From contig OZ024740.1 in assembly GCA_964016885.1 (NCBI GenBank), positions 159,216,001 through 159,280,000 of the forward strand: a DNA stretch of 64,000 nt. The letters run 5' to 3'. Positions 45,917 through 57,965 of this stretch are shown here, in pieces. Made by a program: the position numbers and the translations under genes. Origin of the DNA: Eledone cirrhosa. Its lineage: Eukaryota. Below the pieces are notes generated by a model. It did not search any database. It worked only from the letters and a program-made list of their open reading frames with translations, and was not told the DNA's origin. Position 1 is the stretch's first letter; every line of letters starts with the position of its first letter.

Positions 45917-46397
45917 CTAGCCGAATTACCCGCGCCTTACTGCGTTCCACACATTTTTTTTTTGTAAGAAAATGATGATTGATTTTAAGTAAGTGATATA
46001 ATTTATAGAGAAAAACTCTACATTTCAATACTACTCAATGTAAAATGTAATGCATGAAAAATTGGAAAACATTATTTTTTGTAATATATCAAATCAAAAT
46101 TACATTATTAAATCTTATTCTTATTTTGTTTCTTGTAAATAATTTTTTTCAAAATATCAATTCAAAACTTTTGTGAATAGGCATCATATCTTGTCATTTA
46201 CCTATGGTTTAAATTTCATGTAAATCGAAGGGAAAAAGTTTTCAGTGGGGATTTGTGACCCCGGGGAACCCTTTGATTAAAATGAAATATACTTATCCAA
46301 GTACCCTGGGCAATATAGTTTCAGGATATATATGGTTATGGGGGCTCTATCTCCCAAACCATAGGAGTAGTTCTTGAATAAACAAACAGAAATACAA

Positions 46398-46400
<3 letters not shown>
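45917..46400 (-). mobile_element. non-autonomous Helitron-like element
   Basis: The minus strand ends CGCAGTAAGGCGCGGG-N8-CTAG|T (short GC hairpin plus CTAG). The other end runs into (TA)n. Confidence 0.55.
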
Positions 46401-46491
<91 letters not shown>

Positions 46492-46705
46492 ATATATATA
46501 TATAGTAGAATAGGGGACCTGAATCTTTTCATATATATATATATATATATGAAAAGATTCAGGACTCCTACTCTACTACACCAAATATCGAGTACTCTGG
46601 TGGGTTATGGTCTATCTATTTTTTACCACACCCTATCTGATATATATGTATTGAAGTTGGTTTCGAACCATGTCGCTTTATTCGATAATATATATATATA
46701 GTGAT

Positions 46706-46892
46706 AATTGTTTCTACTTTTGGCACAAGGCCACCAATTACCCAGTGCATTACTGGTACTTTAGTTTATCGACCCCGTAAGGATGAAAGGGAAAGTTAGC
46801 CTCAGCGGGATTTCAACTCAGAATGACAAGGGCCGTAACTCTATGCGTCAAAGCATGGCGTCCGACCCTCTACCGATACTGCCAATCCACCA
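46706..46892 (-). mobile_element. tRNA-derived SINE
   Basis: Reverse complement of the consensus. The 5' end lies next to ATT-like repeats. Confidence 0.9.
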
Positions 46893-46978
46893 ATAGTAAT
46901 AATAATGTATGTGAAGATCCCGTTAAGGGTGAAAGCAGTGATTCTTTGCTTAAATTTTAATCTGTTATTTTAATATAA

Positions 46979-47088
<110 letters not shown>

Positions 47089-47150
47089 ATATATATATAT
47101 ATATATGTGTGTGTATATATGTGTGTGTATATATGTATATGTATATGAAT

Positions 47151-47182
<32 letters not shown>

Positions 47183-47208
47183 GTATATATATATGTATAT
47201 ATATATAT

Positions 47209-47319
<111 letters not shown>

Positions 47320-48005
47320 ACAATGTGCAGACGACTCGCTGGCTGGATCTTGAAGACTTTCCGGTCAAGAGACCGAGATGCCATGTTGACAATATGGAGG
47401 ACATTTGTCCTAAGCCGCCTGGTCTATTGCTCCCAGTTGTGGTTACTCCATAGTGTCAAACTAACCACGGAGCTTGAGGCAATCTTGCGAACCTACACCA
47501 AGAAGATTGCCACAATGAAGGAGATAAGCTACTGGGAGATGCTAAAAGAACTGAACCTCTACTCTTTGGAATGAAGAAGGGAGAGATACGCAATGATCAG
47601 CATGTGAAAAATCCTGGACGGTCTAGAACCAAACTTAGGCATTGGGAGCTGGACCAACCGTCGAACAGGACGTCACTGTCTTCCACATCTAGAATAAGGA
47701 GCAGATATTGCAATAGCCTGGGGTTCAAGGGCCCTCAACTCTTCAACAAGCTGCCGAGGGATCTGAGAGATCTGCATGGTGTGTATGTGGATGTCTTCAA
47801 GAAACATCTCGACACCTTGCTATCCAGGATCCCGAATGAGCCCACAGCAATGCACGAAGGAAATCCAAGGGCAGCAGCAACGAACTCCCTCTTGCACCAG
47901 TGGCCAACCAATACAGGCTGGAGATAAAATGTGTAGCAAGAAAGGCGGTGCCCCCGCATGGCCCCAGCCGGATGGCTGGAACAGGTAAAAGATTAAAAGA
48001 GTAGA
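47320..48005 (+). mobile_element. CR1/L2-group LINE 3' fragment with (ATCT)n tail
   Basis: GWILKTF.SRD...L..W...V.SRL.YCSQLW, SYWE.LKELNLYSLE and GPQLFNKLP..LR. Confidence 0.8.
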
Positions 48006-48108
<103 letters not shown>

Positions 48109-48284
48109 TAGATAGATAAATATACACGGGTGTGTATGATTGTGTATAGAAGATTATATTAACAAAAGGAATTCCAACTTTGTCTGATTTACTCGTTTTA
48201 TTTACAATTCTTTAAAATTCTTTAAAATTTATAATGGTATTAGAATGAAATAGTATGGTAGAATATTAAATGTTAAGTGTTAAT

Positions 48285-48323
48285 TGAACAAGTACTTTCA
48301 TGTTTTCGCAATCTTCAGGTTCA
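48285..48323 (-). ncRNA. minimal type I hammerhead ribozyme
   Basis: tgaac-CTGAAGA-t-tgcgaaaaca-t-GAAA-gtac-TT-gttca, with palindromic stem III AAGTACTT. Confidence 0.75.
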
Positions 48324-48986
48324 TATTGTGTGGTGACGGTCAAGTTTGCAATTTTCAACTGTGTATATATATACAAGAAACTTTCTGACTTGACCACTAG
48401 CCACGTCACAGTTCTTAGCCATTTTGAATTCGTTTCTGGCGGGGATCCTTAAAGAAAAATCTTTGTCCAATTGAGTTTGTTTCCTGATGATTTCGAAACT
48501 CGTGAATTTATCCTTGATCGGATATTTCCATAAAGCGAATGAAATCTCATGGGGTAGAGACATAATTTTGGTATACTTATATACATTTTTTCTTCTAACT
48601 TTGATTTTGTACCTAATTGTGTATGGTTGGCTATATATCTAATCGATTTCCACGGGTTATTAGCAATATTGGGTAAATATTTTGTGGCTGTTGATCGCGG
48701 ATAAAATAGCTATCGTTTATTTATCTATTGTTTCTTCATAGGTGCCTTTTAATCTTATAGCCTTGTTTAATTGATTTTTTTTGTGGTTGATTATGCTGAT
48801 TGGGAGAGGAAATACTGTATATATTTTATCAAATGATTCTTTGGACGTACTTTCTTGTATATTGCTCTGATTGTTGATTATTTAATTAATTAATTCGTCA
48901 TTGAGCCACACCGTGAATGGTTGCCAAAAACACACATATATATCTATGGCTCTGTCTAGTTTATGTCTATGTAAATCTCTATATTT

Positions 48987-49018
<32 letters not shown>

Positions 49019-49186
49019 ATTAGTACATCTACCAACATATGTGTACAGATGTACGCTCATTCTAGCAAATATATAAGTTATGTCTTAGTACCTATGTGGT
49101 TCTATGCAGGTGAATGCAGAACAATTATATGAAAGACGTAAAATAAGAAAATTTTAAAAATTAAAAATCAACTTACTAAAATTTTC

Positions 49187-49272
49187 ACTCCAACTAATTA
49201 GTTTCTGTAATGGGATAAATATAGTTACATAATATATATAACCATAGAGAATTCATTACGTCATCAGGGAGT
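49187..49272 (-). ncRNA. hammerhead ribozyme (inverted copy)
   Basis: Reverse complement of 49833-49918. Confidence 0.7.
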
Positions 49273-49832
49273 CTATTCTCAGCTAAGTTCCCAGGCAATG
49301 CGCGGGCACTAGGAACCCATATAAAAATAATAATTCAGTAGATGGAATGAAGCTAGCGTGGACTAAATTCCGGAGCACTGAAACATTTTTTCACTGCATC
49401 TGGTCAGTGGCAGATTCTAAAGATTCAATCACGTGACACCGAGGTTAATCAGTTAGGAGCGGGGTGGTATTATGACAAGAGCCTACTACTACCATGAAAC
49501 AGCAGTAAATTTTGGCCAGTTTTTCTCAACAAATAATTTGGAGATAAATATAGAGAATTAGTACATCTACCAACATATGTGTACAGATGTACACTCATGC
49601 TAGCAAATATATAAGTTATGTCTTAGTACCTATGTGGTTCTATGCAGGTGAATGCAGAACAATTATATGAAAGACGTAAATTGAGGAAATTTTAAAAGTT
49701 AAAAATCAACTTACTAAAGTTTTCAGGAGTGAAAATTTTAGTAAGTAAGTTGCTTCATTGCATCTACTGAATTATTATTTTTATATGGGTTCCTAGTGCC
49801 CGCGCATTGCCTGGGGACTTAGCTGAGAATAG

Positions 49833-49918
49833 ACTCCCTGATGACGTAATGAATTTTCTATGGTTATATATATTATGTAACTATATTTATCCCATTACAG
49901 AAACTAATTAGTTGGAGT
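49833..49918 (+). ncRNA. type I hammerhead ribozyme with extended stem II
   Basis: actcc-CTGATGA-c-gtaatg...cattac-a-GAAAC-TAATTA-GTT-ggagt. Confidence 0.72.
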
Positions 49919-49974
49919 GAAAATTTTAGTAAGTACGTTGATTTTTAATTTTTAAAATTTTCTTATTTTACGTC

Positions 49975-50036
<62 letters not shown>

Positions 50037-50399
50037 GTCAGGTCACCAGTTGGTGGTACTGGTAACATGTATCCCAGGATACATGTAAGGAAGGAGTTGA
50101 GGTAAGGAACCAGATCGACCATAACGCACCAGAGTACTCAATACTTAGGGTAGTTGAGTGGGTAATAGGGAAATGTACTGAGTCCAGAAATAGCCGTCGA
50201 AACGGCTTTAGCTCTGCCGTCGGGGTAATACATTTTCCTATATATATATATATATTTAAGTAACAGCCGTACTAAGAGTGGGAAATGAAATATCGTTTCA
50301 TTTTTTCCGTTTATCGTTTTCGGTGCACCCGGCCGATTAACTCACTCGATATGCAAATTGGGCTACTCAGCCGTTAATATGCATAAGGTAAGTATATAC

Positions 50400-50486
50400 G
50401 TTCAACAATCTGGCAGGAAGGTATACGTTGCTGACGATAGCTAACAAGCTTGAAACTAGTACAGCGTTCCTTTGTCAGTGTTGAAC
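50400..50486 (+). ncRNA. type I hammerhead ribozyme, unit 1
   Basis: acgttg-CTGACGA-t-agct-aaca-agct-t-GAAA-cta-GTA-cagcgt. Stem I is extended by ctggca/tgtcag and gttcaaca/tgttgaac. Predicted cut after 50461. Confidence 0.82.
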
Positions 50487-50821
50487 AAACGAGCAACGGT
50501 GGTTGCTAGACACTACGGCTTAATACGGGATGTTTGTTTACAAAAACACCGAGCATTATAATAAATGTTCGGTGAATCCATACGTGCATATATATATGTG
50601 TGCATGTATGTATATATATATATACATACTACTGTACGTCGGTATACATATATGTATGTACGTGTACATACTTATATTTAAGTAACAGCCGTACTAAGAG
50701 TGGGAAATGAAATATCGTTTCATTTTTTCCGTTTATCGTTTTCGGTGCACCCGGCCGATTAACCCACTCGATATGCAAATTGGGCTACTCAGCCGTTAAT
50801 ATGCATAAGGTAAGTATATAC

Positions 50822-50908
50822 GTTCAACAATCTGGCAGGAAGGTATACGTTGCTGACGATAGCTAACAAGCTTGAAACTAGTACAGCGTTCCTTTGTCAG
50901 TGTTGAAC
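50822..50908 (+). ncRNA. type I hammerhead ribozyme, unit 2
   Basis: Identical to unit 1. Predicted cut after 50883. Confidence 0.82.
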
Positions 50909-51449
50909 AAACGAGCAACGGTGGTTGCTAGACACTACGGCTTAATACGGGATGTTTGTTTACAAACACACCGAGCATTATAATAAATGTTCGGTGAATC
51001 CATACGTGCATATATATATGTGTGCATGTATGTATATATATATATACATACTACTGTACGTCGGTATACATATATGTATGTACGTGTACATACTTATATT
51101 TAAGTAACAGCCGTACTAAGAGTGGGAAATGAAATATCGTTTCATTTTTTCCGTTTATATATATATATATATATATAGTAATAATAATAAAATTGAAGAC
51201 TAAAATCCAAAGAGGGCTCGATAAGGAAAATATATATCAAATATATAAGAACCGTAGAGCAAAACTTTAATCTGTTATTTTAATAAATATATATATATAT
51301 ATATATAAGAAACGAAGCGGGCTGTGTGGTTTCTGTAAACAAAGTTTAAGATGGTAATATGGACGAAACAAGAGAAGAACCCATTCATCAGCTGTTAACT
51401 GCAGATCATAGATGATGAAGGGGTTCTTCTCTTGTTTCGTCCATATTAA

Positions 51450-53200
51450 CATCTTAAACTATATATATATAAGTTAAAAAAAACAAAAAAACAATAACGA
51501 AGAGTGCAGTACAAAGTGTTAGTACTAGGTTCACGCTTGAGAGTTGGGTTGGTGGTGGTGGACGACGTTTCGAGCATAAGCCCTTCATCAGGAGAAAAGT
51601 GGGAAGGAAAAGAGTACCGAGGGTGTGAAGGGAGGGGTGGAAAGACATTAAAAACGGGGGAAATTAAAGGGAAGGAAAACAAATGAAAAGAGGGTAAAAA
51701 AATTAAAATGAGACAAGTGGTGAAAGGGTGTGAGGCGTGTAGGGGTGATAGTGGGTGAATGGAGGGGGAGAGGGGAGAGGGAGACAGGTTGTCTGAGTGG
51801 GGAGGGTGGAAGGTGGTGTGTGTGTATGTGTGTAGGCGTACGTGTGTGTGTGTATGTGTGGATGTGAGTGTGAGAGTTTGGGGAAAAACGAGGTTCCATA
51901 GGAAAACCAGTGTGTACATGGGGTGGCGTGTGGGGGAGAGGGGGCGTGTGGAGTCCGCATCCCGAATATGGGTATGTGAGAACACGTACGTGTGTTTTTG
52001 TGTGCGAAAATAGTGTAAATGTTTGTGTGTGTTCATGAATGTTTTCCCGGGCAGTGTAGGAAGAGATGGTGAATAATCCGAGTAAGAGGGTGGATGTCTG
52101 TAACCTCTTCGGATGAAATGGCTTACCAGAAACAGGACCTGAGTCTCGAAGTTAGCATCTCAGCTGCAGAGGTGGCGGATCCGGAGGAATTGGGGGTAGG
52201 GAATGGAGTGTTTGGTGTGTGTAGGGTGGGAAGAGCTGAAGTCGAGGTAGGAGTGGGAGTCGGTGGGTTTGAAAAAGGCGGAGGTGACGAGGGAGCAGTG
52301 GGAGGGGTCGATGGCGACAGAGATGTCCAAGAAGTGGACGTGGGTGGTCGAGATAGAGGTGGTGAAGTGGAGGGAAGGGTGGAATGAGCAGAAGAAGGAG
52401 AGAAAGGAGTCGAGCTGTTCTCGGTGAGGGTCGTGACTCCGATGCAGTCGTCGATGTACCGACCGTACAGTTCGGGCGTGGGGCTGGTGTATTGGGCAAA
52501 GATTTGGGCCTCAACATGGCCAACGAAAAGGTTGGCATAGTTTGGGCCCATTCTTGTGCCCATGGCTACCCCAGAGACCTGCTGGTAAAATTCACCCGAG
52601 AAGGAGAAGCAGTTAAGGGTGAGGGCGAGCTCGGCGAGGCGAAGGAGGGTGGGGGTGGAGGGGACGGGGGACGAGCAAAGGTCGAGGTAGTGCCGGAGGG
52701 CGCGTAGACCTTCGGCGTGGAGTATGACGGTGTGAAGGGACTTAATGTCTAGGGTGAAGAGGAAGGGTGTGGCCCGGGTGGGAAGGTGAGGGAGTCAAAC
52801 AGGCGAGGGGCGTGGTTGGTGTCGGAGATGTCGGAGGGGAGGGCGGTGAGGAGGAGGGTGAGGATGGAGTCGAGAAAGCCGGAGATGAATTCAGTGGGGC
52901 AGTTGCAGTCGGAGACGATGGGGCGTCCGGGGTTGTCGGGTTTGTGGATCTTGAGGAGGAAATAGATGGGGAGGGGTACGTGGGTGCAGATAATGAGGTG
53001 GGAGGCGGTGCGAGGGAGGAGGGAGGAGCAGACGACGTGTTTGATTGTGGAGGAAACTTGTTGTTGGGGGGGGGGGTCGGAAGGTAGAGGGCGGTAGAAG
53101 AGGGGGGTTACGGAGCTGCCGTGTAGAGTTCAGCGCCCCACACCACCACGGCGAAAGTCGAAGCGATTACGGCAGCCGTGAACGAACACGTCCAGGGTGC
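51450..53200 (-). mobile_element. Penelope-like element (Neptune-type RT), frameshifted, with 3' pLTR
   Basis: Motifs PGRPIVS, LFTLDIKSLHT, GVAMGTRMGPNYANLFV, YGRYIDD and SIPYxQFLRIR. Confidence 0.85.
51561..51592 (-). ncRNA. minimal PLE hammerhead motif
   Basis: CTGATGA-a-gggc-ttat-gctc-GAAACGTC. Stem I is poorly preserved. Confidence 0.65.
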
Positions 53201-53479
53201 TAAATTGCCCAGATGCCGGCGTCCAAAATGATGGTCGTCGGCCCAAGGCTGGTTTTGATTTGTTTATGTTCAAGTTAAATCAATTAACAGTCTTAGGCAC
53301 CACTATATGCCTCAGTCAATGCAATACTATATGCCTCTGTTAAACAGTTTGACTTAATAGAATAATATCTTAGATTCACAGATATAAATATATGTCTATA
53401 AAATATAAGGTAATGTAAGAATAAGTCATCTGTTTTGAGCTACTATCTACCGTTGGCGGTGCTCCCTTTTTATGTGTTG

Positions 53480-53815
53480 AATATAAATATACATGTTTCC
53501 ATGTGTCTAACACACGTGGGCATGCCCACAAAGTCAGAAAACAGCACAGTTCCCATGACTTTCGGAAACATTTTTTCACGCTCAGAGTTGCTGAAGCATG
53601 GAACAAACTACCTGCATCAGTTATTAGCTGTCGAAACAATGCATCCTTTAAAACCTCCATGCTTCCTGAGATTCGCGAACACTACACCTAATATTCCCCC
53701 TCCATACACATGCACACAGGTATATCATGACTCATACACTATTCACTTCCATGACATTTGTATATACATGCACATTTGATGAGTTGTAGTGCACCTGAGC
53801 ACTTTACACAATAAT
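53480..53815 (+). mobile_element. CR1-clade LINE 3' end
   Basis: TRGHAHKV...RKHFFTLRVAEAWNKLP is the canonical CR1 C-terminus. Confidence 0.85.
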
Positions 53816-53834
53816 TGGATTATTATTATTATTA

Positions 53835-53962
53835 TTTTTCTTTGTTATTTTATTTCAACCTCTGTTTTTTACACGCATAAATGCCCATTTGTACCGTCCT
53901 GTATTGTTCTGTACTGTCCTTAATGTCTACTTTATGTGAACCCTTGTGGTTAATAAAGAAAA

Positions 53963-53963
<1 letters not shown>
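53835..53963 (+). mobile_element. Tx1 3' UTR-only insertion between ATT tracts
   Basis: Nearly identical to about 1150-1276. Confidence 0.88.

Positions 53964-54018
<55 letters not shown>
53964..54018 (+). repeat. (ATT)n shared by tail-to-tail Tx1 and Dong ends
   Basis: Seen directly. Confidence 0.98.
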
Positions 54019-54019
<1 letters not shown>

Positions 54020-57000
54020 AGTTGCATTTATCTTGATTTATGTTCATACGAGTTATCACCAAGTCACAACCAGTGACCTCAAGAGACAACAAGGTCTGCC
54101 ATGTTCAAGAAAGAACATACATACTCACACATGCATCTTTAGTGTTTAGACTTGTGATGTACTTATATTGACAGAATCTTCCTTAGTATATGGGCAGGTC
54201 CCATTAGTACTATCTTTTGTATTTCGCCTATACGCGGGTTTCCTGGGATTTGTGATAAGTAATCATTAGACCCCTTAGTTATCATTCCCAGAGCGCCCAC
54301 TGGTATTGTTTTAGTTCTCAATTTCCACATTTTTCCAATTTCTATCTCCAGGTCCTTATACTTGCTCAATTTTTCAAATGTTTTTATAGATACATTCTTG
54401 TCTATTGGAACGGACATATCCATTAGCAGGCATACCCTCTTTTTAAAGTCCTTCAATATTATATCAGGTCTATTTGCATCTATTTTTCGGTCTGTTTGGA
54501 TGCTAAAGTTCCACAAGATTGAGATGTGATCTTTTTCAAGTATGGGAGGTGGTTGATGCTCCCACCAATTCTTTTGATGGGGCAGGTCAAAATGCTTACA
54601 CATTATCCAATGTATGTATTGTGCAGCTCTGTCATGCCTGTTTAGGTATTCGGTTGGAGCTATAGGACTGCACATTGAAATTATATGGTCAATGGTCTCT
54701 GGTTGTTTTTTGCATACACGGCATAATGGGCTGCATCCATTTTTTATTATGTTGGCTTGGTAATTTTTTGTTGGCAGACACTGATCTTGTGCTGATATAA
54801 TCAGTCCTTCAGTCTCCGGTTTCAGTCCAGAGGATGCCAACCACTGATGGGTTAAAGTTTTGTCAACATCAGGATTGTTAGCTCGATCTGGGTATTTTCC
54901 ATACAGAGGCTTTTCTTGCCATTTCTTAGCCAGTTTCTGTAGCAGTTCTTTCTTTGCAGTTACTTTTACCTGCTTTGCTTTTTCTGTGTTTTCCATTTCA
55001 GCAGTAAATGGGACTTCTGAGATTTGTAGTCCATTACTGTATCTTTGTGCATCTTTTGTAATGGAATATGATCTTTTGATGCTTTCGTGTTTCAAAACGA
55101 GTTTGATCATCCAATCATGTGATTCCCTTAGATATGTAGATAATCCAATTGTTGCAGTTTTCAACGCAATGTCTAACTGGATTAACCCACGTCCTCCTTC
55201 TTTCCTAGGTAGATATATTCTATCTATATCTGCCTTAGGGTGATGCATTCTGTGCATGGTTAAGAATTTTCGAATTTTTGTATCGAGCCTACGGATCTCT
55301 GTGCTTGACCAGTTGATGACATTGTAACTGTAGGTTACTACTGGTATGGCAAGCGTGTTTATGGCATCGATCCTATTCCTTGCATTCAATTCCGTTCTTA
55401 AGATTGCTCTTACTCTGCGGTAACATTCCTTCCTTATCCTTTCCCTCATTGTCGAGTGCTTGATTCCGTCTCCTTCACAAACACCTAGATATTTGTAAGT
55501 TTTTTCTTGATCAAGTTCTCTTATCACGTTCCCCCGATCAAGATTAATGTCTGAACTCTTCAGCAGCTTTCCTCTGGTGAACGTTGCTTTGGCGCATTTA
55601 TCTAGTCCAAACTCCATTTTAATGTCATCACTGAACTGCTCCACAGTGGATAATAGCCCTTGCAATTGTTCATCACTTTTTGCAAATAGTTTCAGGTCAA
55701 CCATGTAGAACAAGTGATTAATGGTTTTGTCATAGACTTTATATCCATGTTTTGTTTCATTGAGCATTTTACTTAATGTTATAAGTGCGATGCAGAATAA
55801 AAGCGGTGATAAAGAGTCACCGTGAAAAATTCCACAATTAATATTAACTTCTCCAGCTTCCAGTGATTTTGTTTCACTAATCAAAAGGAGTGTCGTTTTC
55901 CATGTCTTCATACTGAATGACAAAAACTTCCTGACAACGGGGATATTTTGAAAATCTCTAAACATTTTTCAATCCAACTGTGTGGCAAACTATCGAATGC
56001 TTTTTTATAATCTATCCAAGCAATCGATAGATTTTTGTGTCTATTATGACTATCTTCCAGTATCATTTTGTTAACCAAAAGCTGATCCTTACAGCCATAT
56101 GAGCCTCGTTTACACCCTTTCTGCTCAATGGGAAATAGGTCATTTGTTATCAGGTGGTCATATGTGTATTCAGTTAGGACTGATGTTAAAATTTTATACA
56201 TTGTGGTCAAGCAAGTTATCGGTCTGTAATTTTGGGGATTGTTTGTCTCATCATTCTTCGGAAGCAGGAATGTAATGCCGTTAACTAGCCATTATGGTAT
56301 CTTTTCTGGCTCCTTAACTATTTCATTGTAAAGTTGGGCTAACAGCTCATGAGACTCTGTGAAGGCATTTATCCAAAAATTTTGTATATTGTCTTTTCCT
56401 GGGGATTTCCATTTGCTGGTTTTTCTTAGAGCCAAGCGCAACTGTTCAACTGTTATATTTTCCCATATTTGTTCCTCAAGGTGAGCTGTATCTTTCATTT
56501 GTCTGTCTATCCATGGGGCATGTATGTTATGAACTTTTTCTTCGGCCCAGATCTTTTCCCATAATTCTTGCACTTCCTCCTTGGGTGGTATTTATTTAGC
56601 AGTTATTGTTGACTTACCAATTTTTCTGTAGAAGTTTCTCTGGTTGTTTTTGAACATATTATTGTCCTTATAGAATCTAGATCGTTTTACAAAGCGCCTT
56701 ATACGAGCAGCTTTGGCCGACACTTTTTGCTTGATTATTTCTATCAGCATGTCTATGTCACTTGTTGATTTTATACTGTACTTTCTTTTCAATTTTCTAA
56801 GTTTAGTTTGTTTAACATGTTCACCTACTTTATAGTTTGTTAACATTTCTATGTCAGATCGGAGAAGGTTTATTTGGCGATTGATGTTCTCTTGCCAAGT
56901 AGATTTCTTGTGGGAATTCCTTTGTTTTTTCATCTTCACTCCACATAAGTGAGTGGTGACTTTAGCCGATGCATAATAGAGATGATTTAAATCAGTAATG

Positions 57001-57965
57001 TTTAGTTTGTGATGATAATGTTTTTGAGAATTATGTTAGTCTTGTGTATTATCTTTTGGTTCTGTTTGGAGTTCTGGATCTTAGGGAGGGTGTCTCGTTG
57101 CCCCATGTCAGATTCTTTCATTTTCATCCATTCGATCATAATTTCATCCTTCAAGTTGGCAAGTTCATTCTCATTCATTTCTTTATCATTTACGATCTCA
57201 TTATTTTCATTTGGAGTTTCATCTTGAGCATGCACTCCCTGCACTTTTTCGATCCTTTCTTTAATTTGTTCTGTTGCCAGTGATTCCGCCCCAACCATGG
57301 GATTCGAAGTGTTATAATTTACCTCGTTTTCACTGACACATGTTTCATTTTCCCTTCGCTGACTTTGTGCTAATAGCTTGATCTGATCAATTTCTATATA
57401 AGTTAGTAACTTTTTTTTTTACAATATTTCTTCGTATATTGGCTAGTTTGTTACTGTCAATATAGCCTCTGTTTTCAGGATGTTTCTTTTTCCAGTTGAT
57501 ATATGTCTGTTCTGTATTCGATGTATTTGATGGGTAGTACATGGCAGTGTAGAAAGCCTCAAGGACTTCTTTATTATCTTCCCTTGACCATTTTTCTCTC
57601 TTTTTCTTTGGATTTCTTGGTGGTGAGCATGGAGGGCCAACAGTAGGAGTATTCCGGTTATGGGAGGTCTCCAGCTCCGAAGTGATGGGAAGGTTTGAAC
57701 CATTAACTGATTTTTCGACCCCAGTCTGGTTCCTCTCTGAGGGACGCGGCCCTTTTTTACCCGGGTGACGGCCGATCCTGTATGAGATTTTATCATTAGA
57801 CAATTACTTTATTTTGTCGCGTTTTATCCTTATCCGCCATGGGGTAATCATTTCGTGTTACCACTTCTAGAACGAGTGTCAACCAAGACTAGAGGGGTCG
57901 TCCTCCCCTAGAGACACGGCTATTCCCCGCCGGCCGCCATCCCGGTATTTCTTGGTCACGGGGTT
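54019..57965 (-). mobile_element. near full-length R4/Dong-clade element, family B (single ORF broken by stops and frameshifts)
   Basis: N-terminus KREKWSREDN...[46 protein letters not shown]...ETIDHIISMC, RHD. RLE NRPDII, DMSVP, EKLSKYKDL. The 3' end is followed by (TAA)n. Confidence 0.93.

Larger units (their letters stand above)
49012..49982. mobile_element. non-autonomous PLE-like pLTR composite (direct plus inverted repeats)
   Basis: About 49012-49186 is repeated at about 49552-49725. About 49127-49353 is inverted at about 49752-49982. It is flanked by TA/AG tracts, and a related fragment lies at 42305-42410. Confidence 0.8.
50251..51158 (+). mobile_element. 422-bp tandem repeat (about 2.15 units) with hammerheads; non-LTR retrozyme-like
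   Basis: TAACAGCCGT recurs at 50261, 50683 and 51105. I see only two differences between the units. (TA)n lies on both sides. Confidence 0.88.

Noticed and set aside
48484-48505. CTGATGATTTCGAAACTCGTG hammerhead-like string
   Set aside because: No stem II or stem I, and the cleavage triplet would be GUG.
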